From the IMG/VR virus record IMGVR_UViG_3300005805_004847, positions 1 through 25,796 of that record: 25,796 bases of DNA. One strand, written 5' to 3'. This document shows positions 1 through 9,661 of the stretch, one piece after another. The notes beneath the pieces are model-generated. The model worked only from the letters and a program-made list of their open reading frames with translations. It was not told the DNA's origin and ran no database searches. A program made the position numbers and the translations under genes. Position 1 is the stretch's first letter; every line of letters starts with the position of its first letter. Source of the DNA: a virus (taxonomy: Duplodnaviria > Caudoviricetes).

Positions 1-632
1 TCTGTGTTGGAGTTTCAGTATTTGTTGGTGTTACCGTTGGTGTTGGTGTTTCACTACTTGTTGGTGTGTTAGTAGGAGTCTCAGTATTGGTTGGAGTTTG
101 CGTTGGAGTCTCAGTTGGTGTAACGGTTGGAGTAACTGTTGATGTCTCAGTGTTTGTTGGTGTTACTGTCGGTGTTGGTGTCTCAGTGTTTGTTGGTGTT
201 ACTGTCGGTGTTTCAGTATTTGTAGGAGTTTGAGTCGGTGTGTTAGTAGGAGTCTCAGTGTTTGTTGGTGTTACTGTCGCTGTTGGCGTTTCAGTATTAG
301 TAGGTGTTAACGTTGCAGTTGGTGTCGCACTATTTGTTGGCGTAATTGTTGCTGTCGGTGTCTCAGTATTAGTAGGTGTAGGTGTTAATGTTGGTGTCTC
401 AGTATTAGTAGGTGTAAGAGTTGGTGTAGGTGTAGGTGTGGCCGACTCACTTGATGTTGGAGTCAATCCAATTGTTACACTTGGTGTTGGTGTTACTGTA
501 GGTGTTTGAGTATTTGTTGGTGTTACTGTAGGTGTTTGAGTATTTGTAGGCGTAACTGTAGGCGTTTCGGTATTTGTTGGAGTAACTGTTGGTGTTTGTG
601 TTTTAGTTTGAGTTGGTGTTGGTGTTGGTGTA
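1..632 (-). repeat. Degenerate ~30-bp tandem repeat encoding TPT(V/L)TPTNT(E/Q)
   Basis: Exact 30-bp tandem copies at 485-514 and 515-544; gtctcagtgtttgttggtgttactgtc recurs near 144, 180 and 252. Confidence 0.9.
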
Positions 633-883
633 CCACATCCCGCAGCAGGGTCGGATAGTGTCAATACAACACCGTAAATCATTTCTGTTCTTGTAACCCC
701 ACTATAAACAGCGGTGGTTCCTGTCGAACCAACATAAATGTCAAATGGTCCAACTGCATTATTTGTACCATCAAACTTAACAATTATGTTTTGATTACAT
801 CCTGTAATATTATATTGATTTGTTACCGCATTTAAACATCCGCTAGCTTCATTAACTACGATAATATCAAAAATTTGCCCCAT
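1..883 (-). CDS. Partial (runs off window) Pro/Thr-rich mucin-like repeat protein, putative virion fibre/stalk
   Basis: Not in the ORF track. ATG at 883 reads [20 protein letters not shown]...[13 protein letters not shown]...DPAAGCG, then about 210 aa of [10 protein letters not shown]-type repeats, open to the window edge. A-rich upstream region with TATTTAT. Confidence 0.85.
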   Translation of the reverse strand, partial: MGQIFDIIVVNEASGCLNAVTNQYNITGCNQNIIVKFDGTNNAVGPFDIYVGSTGTTAVYSGVTRTEMIYGVVLTLSDPAAGCGTPTPTPTQTKTQTPTVTPTNTETPTVTPTNTQTPTVTPTNTQTPTVTPTPSVTIGLTPTSSESATPTPTPTLTPTNTETPTLTPTPTNTETPTATITPTNSATPTATLTPTNTETPTATVTPTNTETPTNTPTQTPTNTETPTVTPTNTETPTPTVTPTNTETSTVTPTVTPTETPTQTPTNTETPTNTPTSSETPTPTVTPTNTETPTQ

Positions 884-902
884 TTTAATAATTAATTTCT
901 TA

Positions 903-928
903 ATAAATACAATGACATTGTAGTTTAT
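903..928 (-). promoter_or_regulatory. TATTTAT motif (909-903) overlapped by an imperfect inverted repeat
   Basis: ataaa-tacaatg-a-cattgta-g-tttat; the motif lies 19 nt upstream of the ATG at 883. Confidence 0.45.
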
Positions 929-955
929 GGAATATTAATTTTATATTTTTAAATC

Positions 956-1276
956 TTAATACAAAATTGTGTCGAACGCACAATCAGGATTGTCGATTGC
1001 AATTGTGAAAATACAATCCGCCGCAACGATTTGTATTGCAAAACCACAACCATATCTACACTCAATAATTTCAAACTTTTCACAACCATTCGAATCAATT
1101 ATAGTTAACATAATTGCCGGTGCATTATTAAAAATTGTGGGTAAATAAAAATATTCTACAGGTGGAACCGCACCCCCAATTGTTCCAACATAACTACTAT
1201 TGTTTCCGTAAACATCAGAAACATAAACATAATATGGTGATGTACCAGTAATCGATACTATTTCTATTCTTGCCAT
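956..1276 (-). CDS. Small Cys-containing beta-rich protein resembling a single SprB-like module
   Basis: ITGTSPYYVYV...LTIIDSNGC matches the repeat unit of the upstream 881-aa protein; only 2 nt separate the two genes. Confidence 0.75.
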   Translation of the reverse strand: MARIEIVSITGTSPYYVYVSDVYGNNSSYVGTIGGAVPPVEYFYLPTIFNNAPAIMLTIIDSNGCEKFEIIECRYGCGFAIQIVAADCIFTIAIDNPDCAFDTILY

Positions 1277-1278
1277 TT

Positions 1279-3924
1279 TTAACTTACACAGGAAATATTA
1301 TAATCTATTATCAATTCAATTTGTATTAATTGATTTGCCAAACCGTTATTTGTGTTAATCGTGATTTCACCTGAATTGGTATCAATATTAACACTTGATA
1401 CACCAGGTATTGTTAGTAATAATGTTTCAACCGCATCATACCACTCTTGGTCGGTTGGCACATCTAATAAAGTCGTACCACTATAAAATGATTGGGTGTA
1501 AGTAACACCACTTACAGTAACACTTGCAATAAATGTTGAATTATCTAAAACACAACCTGTATTTCCTGACGTTAAATCATTAAATCCTTCATTCAACATT
1601 TGAAGCATTCCTCGTTTTGTTCCTGATGTGTAAGTAAATTCGGTCTCACACATTACGAATACTTGGTAAGTCGTTTTAATTGGGTTACAAGTTATAACAA
1701 CATTTCTTGTTTGAACACATTCGTTAGAATCAGTAATTGTTAAACTGTAAGTTCCACCTGTTAATCCTGAAACATATATTTGTTGTGGATTTCCACTTAC
1801 GTTACTTGACCAATTGAATGTAAATGGTGGTTGACCTGATGTAATTAATGCCGTGATTGTTCCACCTGAACCAGAACCACAAGATGTTGGATATAAACTA
1901 AAATTAACATTAGATGAGATTGGTAATGATGTTGTACCAATTTGTTCACAACCCAAGTAGTCAGTCACACTGTAATCATAAGTTCCACTTACCAAAGAAT
2001 TGAAAGTTACCGAACTAAATGATGACACAATTGAGTCACCATTACTCAAACTATAAATGTAAGGTGCCGTACCGCCAGTACTTATGGTTAATTGTAACAC
2101 CCCATCGGCATTGTTACATGTTGAACCTGTTGATGTTGCCGCTACCGTAAATTTATTCTCAGCAATTATATTTGTTGTCGTTTCATAAACACAATTACCA
2201 CCATCAGAAATGAATATAGTGTATTCACCACTTTCCAAATCTGTAAATGTTTGAACTGTTGAATTTGTTGTAACACTTAATGTGTTTGAATTTGGTTTTA
2301 CCAAAGTATAAGTGTATGGTGGAGAACCATCTAACACACTTATTATTATCTGACCGTCAATGCTACTACATGTAGAGTTAATTGTATCAATCGAAATTAA
2401 TTGGAATGTATTTGGTGTGTTAATTGATGTTGCAAAAAAATCTTTACATAACGCAGCATCGGTTACCTCAACAGAGAACGCTCCCGCAGGTAATCCTGAG
2501 AAAGTGTAACTTTGAGAATATGTAACTTGAACGTCACCGTTTGAACCCGAATAGAAATATGGACCAGTACCACCTGTAATTGTTAATGTTAACGTACCAT
2601 CGGCGGTAAAACAAGTTGGTGTGGTTGCAGTCCAAGAACCCAAACCTAATGATGGAACATAATCAACAAATGCGGTCTTACTTAACACACATCCGTCACC
2701 AGATGTTACTGTAACACCATAAGTTCCTGTGGTTAATCCTGTTATTGATGTTCCTGTAGTAGAATCATCCCACAAATAAGTAATTGGTGAGTTTCCTGTT
2801 ACACCTGTAACATAAACTTTTCCTGTAGGACTAGCACATTCAGTGTCATTAACAACATAAAAACCAAAGTTTAAAGGATTTGATGAATAAACAATACAAG
2901 TGTCGGTAGTTGCCGTACATCCATTACTTATTGCCGTAACTGAATAAGTTCCAGCCGAAAGATTATTGAATGTTGCTAAATAATTGTTAGTTATTTGTGA
3001 TGCTAAAAATGAATTGTTACGATAAAGATAATACGTTATCTCACTACTGTCTGATGTTGCAGACACAGTTAAAGAACCATTATCATCACCACAAGTTGTA
3101 TTAACAATTGATGTGATGTCCACCGATAATCCTGATGGAACAATAACATTAATATAAAATTGATTATTAACGGGTAATGTCGAATCATTTGCCCTAACTA
3201 AATAAGTTCCCGCAGATAAACCTGTTTTAAAATCACCATAACCCAAATTTGGGTCATACCAATCAAATGTGTATGGTGATGTTCCACCTGTGGCGTTAAT
3301 TTGAACCGAACCAAAACCATTTATACAAGTTCCTGTAACCAATAACTCATAACCAAATGTATTTCCATTACCAAATGGTGTTGGTGTAGGCGTTGGTGTT
3401 GGTGGAATACATGGATTTGTCGAAATACAATCAGCACAATCCGTATAACCCAAAGTATATGTTGCCGAAACACTCCCACCCGTTACATTGTATATTGTTG
3501 AGCCCGTAATTGCTGATACAACAACTGAACAACCTTCAAACAATACTGTTGGACCGTCTTGGACTACCCAATAAAATGAATCACCTTCTTGATAAGAACT
3601 TCCTAACTCAATATCACCTCTTCTAAAACTAAATGTTGTGTTATCACAACAAGACGAAAAACTATAATAACATGTATTTGGATTTGCCGTTCTACAAGGA
3701 GGACAACCACCACCAACACTATAATAATCCGCAGTTAAAAATGTTTGTACCGGTGTTTGAATAGAGTCAACACCTGTATAAGCATAACAAGCACCATCAC
3801 CACTATACACAACAGAACTTAATGACGTTGTAAATGCCGTAGTTTCAACGGTAAAAGTTTTATAGATAGCACCTGAACCTGTTCCAGTACAACAATTTAC
3901 AAATAATTTATTTTTTATCGCCAT
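1279..3924 (-). CDS. SprB-repeat adhesin-like virion protein (two Cys-rich N-terminal domains, PT linker, ~7 SprB-like repeats, conserved C-terminal domain)
   Basis: Repeats of the form TC....G.+.+..TGGT.PY.Y.W...L.AGTY.V.+TD..GC, resembling Flavobacterium SprB repeats. No signal peptide or T9SS C-terminal domain is visible. Confidence 0.8.
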   Translation of the reverse strand: MAIKNKLFVNCCTGTGSGAIYKTFTVETTAFTTSLSSVVYSGDGACYAYTGVDSIQTPVQTFLTADYYSVGGGCPPCRTANPNTCYYSFSSCCDNTTFSFRRGDIELGSSYQEGDSFYWVVQDGPTVLFEGCSVVVSAITGSTIYNVTGGSVSATYTLGYTDCADCISTNPCIPPTPTPTPTPFGNGNTFGYELLVTGTCINGFGSVQINATGGTSPYTFDWYDPNLGYGDFKTGLSAGTYLVRANDSTLPVNNQFYINVIVPSGLSVDITSIVNTTCGDDNGSLTVSATSDSSEITYYLYRNNSFLASQITNNYLATFNNLSAGTYSVTAISNGCTATTDTCIVYSSNPLNFGFYVVNDTECASPTGKVYVTGVTGNSPITYLWDDSTTGTSITGLTTGTYGVTVTSGDGCVLSKTAFVDYVPSLGLGSWTATTPTCFTADGTLTLTITGGTGPYFYSGSNGDVQVTYSQSYTFSGLPAGAFSVEVTDAALCKDFFATSINTPNTFQLISIDTINSTCSSIDGQIIISVLDGSPPYTYTLVKPNSNTLSVTTNSTVQTFTDLESGEYTIFISDGGNCVYETTTNIIAENKFTVAATSTGSTCNNADGVLQLTISTGGTAPYIYSLSNGDSIVSSFSSVTFNSLVSGTYDYSVTDYLGCEQIGTTSLPISSNVNFSLYPTSCGSGSGGTITALITSGQPPFTFNWSSNVSGNPQQIYVSGLTGGTYSLTITDSNECVQTRNVVITCNPIKTTYQVFVMCETEFTYTSGTKRGMLQMLNEGFNDLTSGNTGCVLDNSTFIASVTVSGVTYTQSFYSGTTLLDVPTDQEWYDAVETLLLTIPGVSSVNIDTNSGEITINTNNGLANQLIQIELIIDYNISCVS

Positions 3925-3944
3925 TTATTCTAAATATTTGTTAA

Positions 3945-6893
3945 TTAACAAGTAATGTCTATATTAACCCCCACGTTTATTTGTAATGTTGACACTTGTG
4001 TCGTTGTTTGACATGTTAAATTGTAAACTGTGATTCTATTTCCGTTTACAAAGAAGTAGTAACCATAATTTACCAACTGTGACAAATTATATAACAATGC
4101 CGCCTTCCATTGGTTATTTGTTGGTACACCATTGGTACCATAACCATCAAAGAATTTACTTTCAATTAACTGTACACCATCAATTCTAACATCAACATAC
4201 CACTCGGTGTATAAAGTATTGGTTTGACAGTCAGATAACTGAAGTCCTTGACCATCTAAGTAAGAATAAAGAACACTGTATAATATTTCAGAGAATGAAC
4301 TTACGGTATTGGCTCCACCACCCAACCAAGGGTAGATTGAACATGTCGCACTTTCAGTGGTACAATCAAAACTAAACAATTGTCCGTTTGCCGAACAAGG
4401 GTCGTTCTCAATTGGTATTAACTGACAACCTGATTGTCTTCTATAAACATACTTTTGTCTTTGTAGTGGTGAGTTTTCTAATTTAACACCTGTATTCCAA
4501 ATCGTAGATGCTGGAATCATCTGTTGTGTCAATCTAATCCAATACGGACCTAAACCATCAACATACTCAATAAGTTTTTGATAGGTGAAATTATCATTTG
4601 GTACCCCGACATTTTCCTCCGACAATAGATAGTTGTAGAAAATTGTAAGTAGTGTTGGGTATCCACTTGTTTTACCATCCGTTGAATACCATCTATCTCG
4701 TACATTAATTGTTTGTTGAATAAATGTTTGAGCAAACTCAAAAAATGTTTTCTTATTCGGTTGTGGGTCAATAAATGTCCAATCGTAACTACCGAAACTT
4801 GTATAATACGGTGTTAATCCAGAATTTGGAATTGGGTAATTATAATTCTTGGACATTTCCCAAACATTATATAGAATACCTTGTGATGGATTCAAATATA
4901 AATCAACGTTCTTGGCGTTCAATACTAATTCATCTGATGGTGAGTAATAGTAAGCATCATAACCAGATTGATTACTAATTCTAAATTGTGGTGGTTGCCA
5001 ACTTTTTTTGTTATCAGGTGTTAACTTCAAATTATACCCCAAACTCATGTATGGGAAGTATCTGAATCGATTAAAATACTCTTGACCATATGTGAATGGT
5101 TGTAGAGTTGTTTGTACGTTAGGACTGTTACCAGTAAAGACTGATGATGTCGCATTAACTTCGGCTGGACTTCTGTGTTGCGGTGTTGACTCAAACCAAC
5201 CAGCACCTTTTTCAAAGAAATAATCTTCAGTTTCAACAGGTGCTTGTGGATAACCAAACGCATCGACAGGATAATCTTCTCTTGTTTGTGAAACAAGGTA
5301 TGTTGTTGATGTTTCTGTAAATCCAGTATATTGTACACCATAAATTGTGTAGGTATCACCTGAATTTAACACAGTAACAACATCTGTATATGTTCCACCC
5401 GTAATTTGGGCAAACTGTTCGTTGAACTGAGCCATGTCAATTCTTTGGTCGGCTAGATAAACGTGTTCGTTAAATTCAACTAACGAATCAGGAGCACCAA
5501 CCAATCTTAGTGTAAATTCTATTGAACGTCTCGTTCCTTTAGATTTAAACAAATAAGCCGAGTTCAATATCAAATTTCTGTAAAACTGATAGTTGAGTTC
5601 TGATGGTGTTAATTCTCTTGAGAAACCAGCATATTGTGTAACTCCTGTTGAAGAATACACCGAATTTAAGAAATCCTCATTTGTAATTGGCGATATGTTT
5701 GTTGACCAACCTAATGTTTGTGCCAAGTTCTTCAACAACATTGACGGAATATCATTACCAGGTGTATAGTTCACAGAATTCATATACGCCAACGCATCAA
5801 TGAATATTTTGATTTGGTCGAAACTTCTTCCGTATATTTGTAATACTTTTGAAACTTTGTGGTCAGGTGTATCAAACTCCAAGAAAGATTCTGTAACCAT
5901 GAATCTTGTAATTAAGTTTGTTTTGTAAGCATCGAACTCACTACCTATCGTATTAAGTTGTTCCAAATAGTTAGTAAATGATGGTGTTCTGATATCTAAG
6001 TTCCATAAACCATCTTTGGGCCAAGTCGCTGATGAGTTTTGTAATACTACAGGTCCTGATTCAGGTTGAACAGGAACGTTGAATACTGCGGTGTATGGTG
6101 GTTGAGTTAATCTATTTAATAAAAACTTTTCAACCTCATCAAAATCCTCTGAAAATGCTTTTTCAACATAATAATCGTTAGGTCTAATAACCAAAGGTTT
6201 GATTGTGGTAGCCCCCGCAAAAGGTTGACCATTTACAATTACTTTAATTGTCCCACTAAATAAACTTGACGATGGTGTGAAATCAATAATTGTGTATGGA
6301 ATCTCATCAACAACTAAAGCATAATCACGATACCTATTTGTCAAATCTCTAATAGGAGAAAAAGTTTGTTCTCTGTTTTGAAGATTGATTCTTGAATTAA
6401 CTGAATAATCTAAACTAAACGGGTTTTTAATTCTACTAACATCAATTGTTAATATAGTTTCATTTGATACTGAATTATATGCAATATCGTATGCCGTATT
6501 TCCTGTTGTGAAATTATAATAATAGAAATCAATATCAATTCCCGCTGGAAAAAAATTAATGATTCTTTGTACCGAAACCTCAAATCTTTTTTGAAGAGAA
6601 CCAAATATTGTAAAATTGGTTACTTGTGATAAATCAAAGTTAGGATAAACACGATATTCAGTTGCTTGAATTAATCTTGATTGGTTTACCGAATCAATAT
6701 CCAAATCCTCCAAAGAAACAGGATTTTGAAATGTTCCAATATTAAAATTACGATTAACTTTTTCAGATATTCCAAAATCAAACTCAAAGTTACCTTGAGT
6801 AAGACCACCACCTTGCACGGTCTGTAACCCCACGATATTATCGAATGGTGTTGCAGCTCCCGATGCTCCAGTTGGAATAAATCTTCTAGCCAT
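3945..6893 (-). CDS. Baseplate wedge protein, P2 gpI / T4 gp7-like, with extensions
   Basis: IPSMLLKNLAQTLGW and YLFKSKGTRRSIEFTLRLVG resemble the gpI/gp7 wedge core (KGT motif); it lies in a block with gp25- and gp6-like genes. Confidence 0.65.
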   Translation of the reverse strand: MARRFIPTGASGAATPFDNIVGLQTVQGGGLTQGNFEFDFGISEKVNRNFNIGTFQNPVSLEDLDIDSVNQSRLIQATEYRVYPNFDLSQVTNFTIFGSLQKRFEVSVQRIINFFPAGIDIDFYYYNFTTGNTAYDIAYNSVSNETILTIDVSRIKNPFSLDYSVNSRINLQNREQTFSPIRDLTNRYRDYALVVDEIPYTIIDFTPSSSLFSGTIKVIVNGQPFAGATTIKPLVIRPNDYYVEKAFSEDFDEVEKFLLNRLTQPPYTAVFNVPVQPESGPVVLQNSSATWPKDGLWNLDIRTPSFTNYLEQLNTIGSEFDAYKTNLITRFMVTESFLEFDTPDHKVSKVLQIYGRSFDQIKIFIDALAYMNSVNYTPGNDIPSMLLKNLAQTLGWSTNISPITNEDFLNSVYSSTGVTQYAGFSRELTPSELNYQFYRNLILNSAYLFKSKGTRRSIEFTLRLVGAPDSLVEFNEHVYLADQRIDMAQFNEQFAQITGGTYTDVVTVLNSGDTYTIYGVQYTGFTETSTTYLVSQTREDYPVDAFGYPQAPVETEDYFFEKGAGWFESTPQHRSPAEVNATSSVFTGNSPNVQTTLQPFTYGQEYFNRFRYFPYMSLGYNLKLTPDNKKSWQPPQFRISNQSGYDAYYYSPSDELVLNAKNVDLYLNPSQGILYNVWEMSKNYNYPIPNSGLTPYYTSFGSYDWTFIDPQPNKKTFFEFAQTFIQQTINVRDRWYSTDGKTSGYPTLLTIFYNYLLSEENVGVPNDNFTYQKLIEYVDGLGPYWIRLTQQMIPASTIWNTGVKLENSPLQRQKYVYRRQSGCQLIPIENDPCSANGQLFSFDCTTESATCSIYPWLGGGANTVSSFSEILYSVLYSYLDGQGLQLSDCQTNTLYTEWYVDVRIDGVQLIESKFFDGYGTNGVPTNNQWKAALLYNLSQLVNYGYYFFVNGNRITVYNLTCQTTTQVSTLQINVGVNIDITC

Positions 6894-7801
6894 TATTGTC
6901 CTGTGATATTAGTGTAACTCTTGCTGAAATCAATATTTTGATTTCTATTCTCTTTAACTTCATAAAGTAAGTTATTGAAGTCATCTTTAATCTCATAAAG
7001 ATTAAATTGAGAGTAGATATTATTTTGTGTGTCGTAGATTGTGTAGATACCATCTTCCATCGACTTAGTTTGATTACCATAAAGAGCAATACCCAAAGTA
7101 TCAATATCGTATTGTGAAACTTGAACTTCCAAAGTCAAAGGATTAAAGAACGTGTTTGACATTATAATCGTTTGAGCTGGTTGTCCGATAAATGGTGTTG
7201 CGTTAGGTTTGTTTGTCGGTGCCGAACTTGGTGACAAAGTACAGAACACCAAATTGGTTTGACCTTCAGTGTATCTATATCTAACGTTCTTTTGTTGTGT
7301 GTTTGTTAAGTTTTGAACAACAGGCTCACAATAAAAATTAGATGTAACAATTCTAAAAAAGTTTGGAATTTTACTTCCATCGGCATTTAAATATTCAACT
7401 CTAAATCCAACCAAACCTTGTGCAACGAATTTATTTACATATTGATTTGGTACGTTAGACAAATCAATAACGATACCTTTAACGTTTGGTAATGCAGATA
7501 AAACACCACAATCAGTAATTGTTGTTCTGATTTCAGCGGGTCTTATGTATAAAGTATAGATACCAATCTGAGTAAATGTTTCAGCCGGTAATCTAAGATT
7601 ATACAAACCTCCAAGTATTTCATTTGTGTTACCTCCCGTAGCCGCATTATTGAAATACGGTCTTAATATTGAGGTCGCATCAAGTTGTGTTAAGACAAAG
7701 TTATTTGTCACATCTCTTGATGGTGTGTAATTCATGATGATTTGCACGTCTTCGGGCGAAACATCAGCGGGTCTTATAGTTCCATAGGTTCCTGTAGCCA
7801 T
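6893..7801 (-). CDS. Hypothetical structural (baseplate/tail) protein
   Basis: 302-aa ORF, TAATG overlap with the next gene, beta-rich composition. Confidence 0.7.
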   Translation of the reverse strand: MATGTYGTIRPADVSPEDVQIIMNYTPSRDVTNNFVLTQLDATSILRPYFNNAATGGNTNEILGGLYNLRLPAETFTQIGIYTLYIRPAEIRTTITDCGVLSALPNVKGIVIDLSNVPNQYVNKFVAQGLVGFRVEYLNADGSKIPNFFRIVTSNFYCEPVVQNLTNTQQKNVRYRYTEGQTNLVFCTLSPSSAPTNKPNATPFIGQPAQTIIMSNTFFNPLTLEVQVSQYDIDTLGIALYGNQTKSMEDGIYTIYDTQNNIYSQFNLYEIKDDFNNLLYEVKENRNQNIDFSKSYTNITGQ

Positions 7802-7802
7802 T

Positions 7803-8882
7803 TTATGTTACATTAAAAAAATTATATCCATAATTTATAAGTTCTCCGAGATTATTAACTTCGCCAATTCTTTGTACTCTTTCATAAGCGGTGTTATTAC
7901 CTCTCTCTATAAATACATTTGATTGTACTTCTGCTTGCGAAATTATTCCCAAAAGTAATTCATCTTTTATTAAAGGTTCAGCAACCATCCAATCCGCAAC
8001 CAATCCTGATGATTCAACAAAATATATTGTATCACCATTTGCGTAGTCAACGTAGTTAACATCTTGAATTGTGTAAGCTGTATAAACCAAGTTTATTTCT
8101 GTTATAATACCATAATCTATTAGATTTTTTTGTACTGGTACCAATAATTTATAAGGTGTTGCACCATATTGTTGTAACTCAGTTATTCTTGATTGAGTGT
8201 ATCCACTTATCACAAATGGAACTGTTACATAATCCGAAGAAACTTGGTCGGCAACAACATTGTTTGAATCTCCCGTAAAAATAAAATCATAAGATATTGG
8301 TGTACCACTCCAAGAACCAACGTTTGGTGTGAAATATGCCGTTCCATTTGGATTAAAATCAGGAACCAATACATATGGTGTTTGAATATTTTTTTGTACC
8401 TTTGTGTTACCCCAAGGATTAGTTTGTGATAATGTTATCGTGTAACCACTTGGGTTTGAATTATAGGTATGTGATATTGAATCGGGCGTATATGATGTTA
8501 CGACTTGAGGAGGCGTACCATCCCCCCAATCTATAAAATAATTTGAAAGTTGTAGATAGGCATTGAACTCAATATCCGCAGTATTATAAACATTCCAAGT
8601 AAATGGATTTGTTGTTGTGGATGAAAAAATAAAATTGGTTACAACATTTTGTTGTGAGATTGCACCATCAAAAACTGAATAGTATCCCAAATCAATCGTA
8701 TTTTGAACGAGTAAGATTGGGACGGTTAAACCTGTTAATAAAGATGTGTCGTTTGTACCACCAGTTAAAACTTGGGTCATTGCTGAATACACACCATATG
8801 TTTGACCTGATACGGTAACATCTGAAATCACCGTTTGTAATACTTCGGGTGATACCAAAATTCTCATTACTTGCGTTTCCAT
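7803..8882 (-). CDS. Hypothetical structural protein with a PKD-like domain
   Basis: YFIDWGDGT...ISHTY...YTITL is the PKD/Ig-like signature; tightly packed in the operon. Confidence 0.7.
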   Translation of the reverse strand: METQVMRILVSPEVLQTVISDVTVSGQTYGVYSAMTQVLTGGTNDTSLLTGLTVPILLVQNTIDLGYYSVFDGAISQQNVVTNFIFSSTTTNPFTWNVYNTADIEFNAYLQLSNYFIDWGDGTPPQVVTSYTPDSISHTYNSNPSGYTITLSQTNPWGNTKVQKNIQTPYVLVPDFNPNGTAYFTPNVGSWSGTPISYDFIFTGDSNNVVADQVSSDYVTVPFVISGYTQSRITELQQYGATPYKLLVPVQKNLIDYGIITEINLVYTAYTIQDVNYVDYANGDTIYFVESSGLVADWMVAEPLIKDELLLGIISQAEVQSNVFIERGNNTAYERVQRIGEVNNLGELINYGYNFFNVT

Positions 8883-9661
8883 TATTGAGGGTTTACATAT
8901 TCATACCATTTTATCGGAGCACTTACCGTACCAACTCTATTACCATTTGGATGATTAAACACCTCAAATGTTTGTGTTGGGTAATCTAACTTTACTTTGT
9001 AATAGAAATAATCTTCAGGTGGAAAATCAAAAGGATTACTCGAATTTTGTTGTCTATTCATCATTTTTATAAATGTTCCATTGTCAGCATTAAAAAACTT
9101 TGCTGTCATATAAAATGTATCAACATTTAAAAAATCTCTTTTCTTTAACCAATAAATAAAGAACCCTTCCTTATCACCAATATAGTCCAATGTGTATTTT
9201 GGTTTTCTTATTTGAACTGGTGTTGTATTGGATAATACCGCAGGTGTCATATATCCTTGAGACACGGGCAATATTGTCGTTAAATAAATTTTTTGTGTTA
9301 GTGTTGTTGGACTATCATAATAATCAATCTTCCAAAAAGACTTTGAGAATTTTCTTTGGTAATAATATATTTGATTTACACTAAACTTTGGTATGTATGA
9401 GTTCAACCAAGTTGGAGTTGTAGCAATTGGGTTATTCAAATAGAACTCATAATTCAATGATGTTTTTGTTTGGTCATAAATCGCATGGTCAAATCTTGTA
9501 ACCTCAAAGTCATCATCTTTGTTTAATATTTTATCAACAATTGTTGTTTCATATTGTTCGATGGCTTCTTGAGCACCCCCAAAATCCCATACCTGTTCCA
9601 AAGGAAATACAATATCCTTTGGTTGGTTATTAAACAACACTCTTATTTTATTCGCATCCAT
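8882..9661 (-). CDS. Hypothetical structural protein
   Basis: 259-aa ORF with a TAATG overlap downstream and a 14-nt overlap upstream. Confidence 0.7.
   Translation of the reverse strand: MDANKIRVLFNNQPKDIVFPLEQVWDFGGAQEAIEQYETTIVDKILNKDDDFEVTRFDHAIYDQTKTSLNYEFYLNNPIATTPTWLNSYIPKFSVNQIYYYQRKFSKSFWKIDYYDSPTTLTQKIYLTTILPVSQGYMTPAVLSNTTPVQIRKPKYTLDYIGDKEGFFIYWLKKRDFLNVDTFYMTAKFFNADNGTFIKMMNRQQNSSNPFDFPPEDYFYYKVKLDYPTQTFEVFNHPNGNRVGTVSAPIKWYEYVNPQ

Noticed and set aside
240-509. 89-aa Val/Gly-rich ORF on the + strand
   Set aside because: Antisense shadow of the Thr/Pro repeat gene.
1-632. Possible CRISPR array
   Set aside because: The repeats are contiguous, codon-phased and degenerate, with no unique spacers.
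1279-1600. T9SS C-terminal sorting domain on the SprB-like protein
   Set aside because: Lacks the YPNP (type A) and FTPNGDG (type B) signatures and has no signal peptide.
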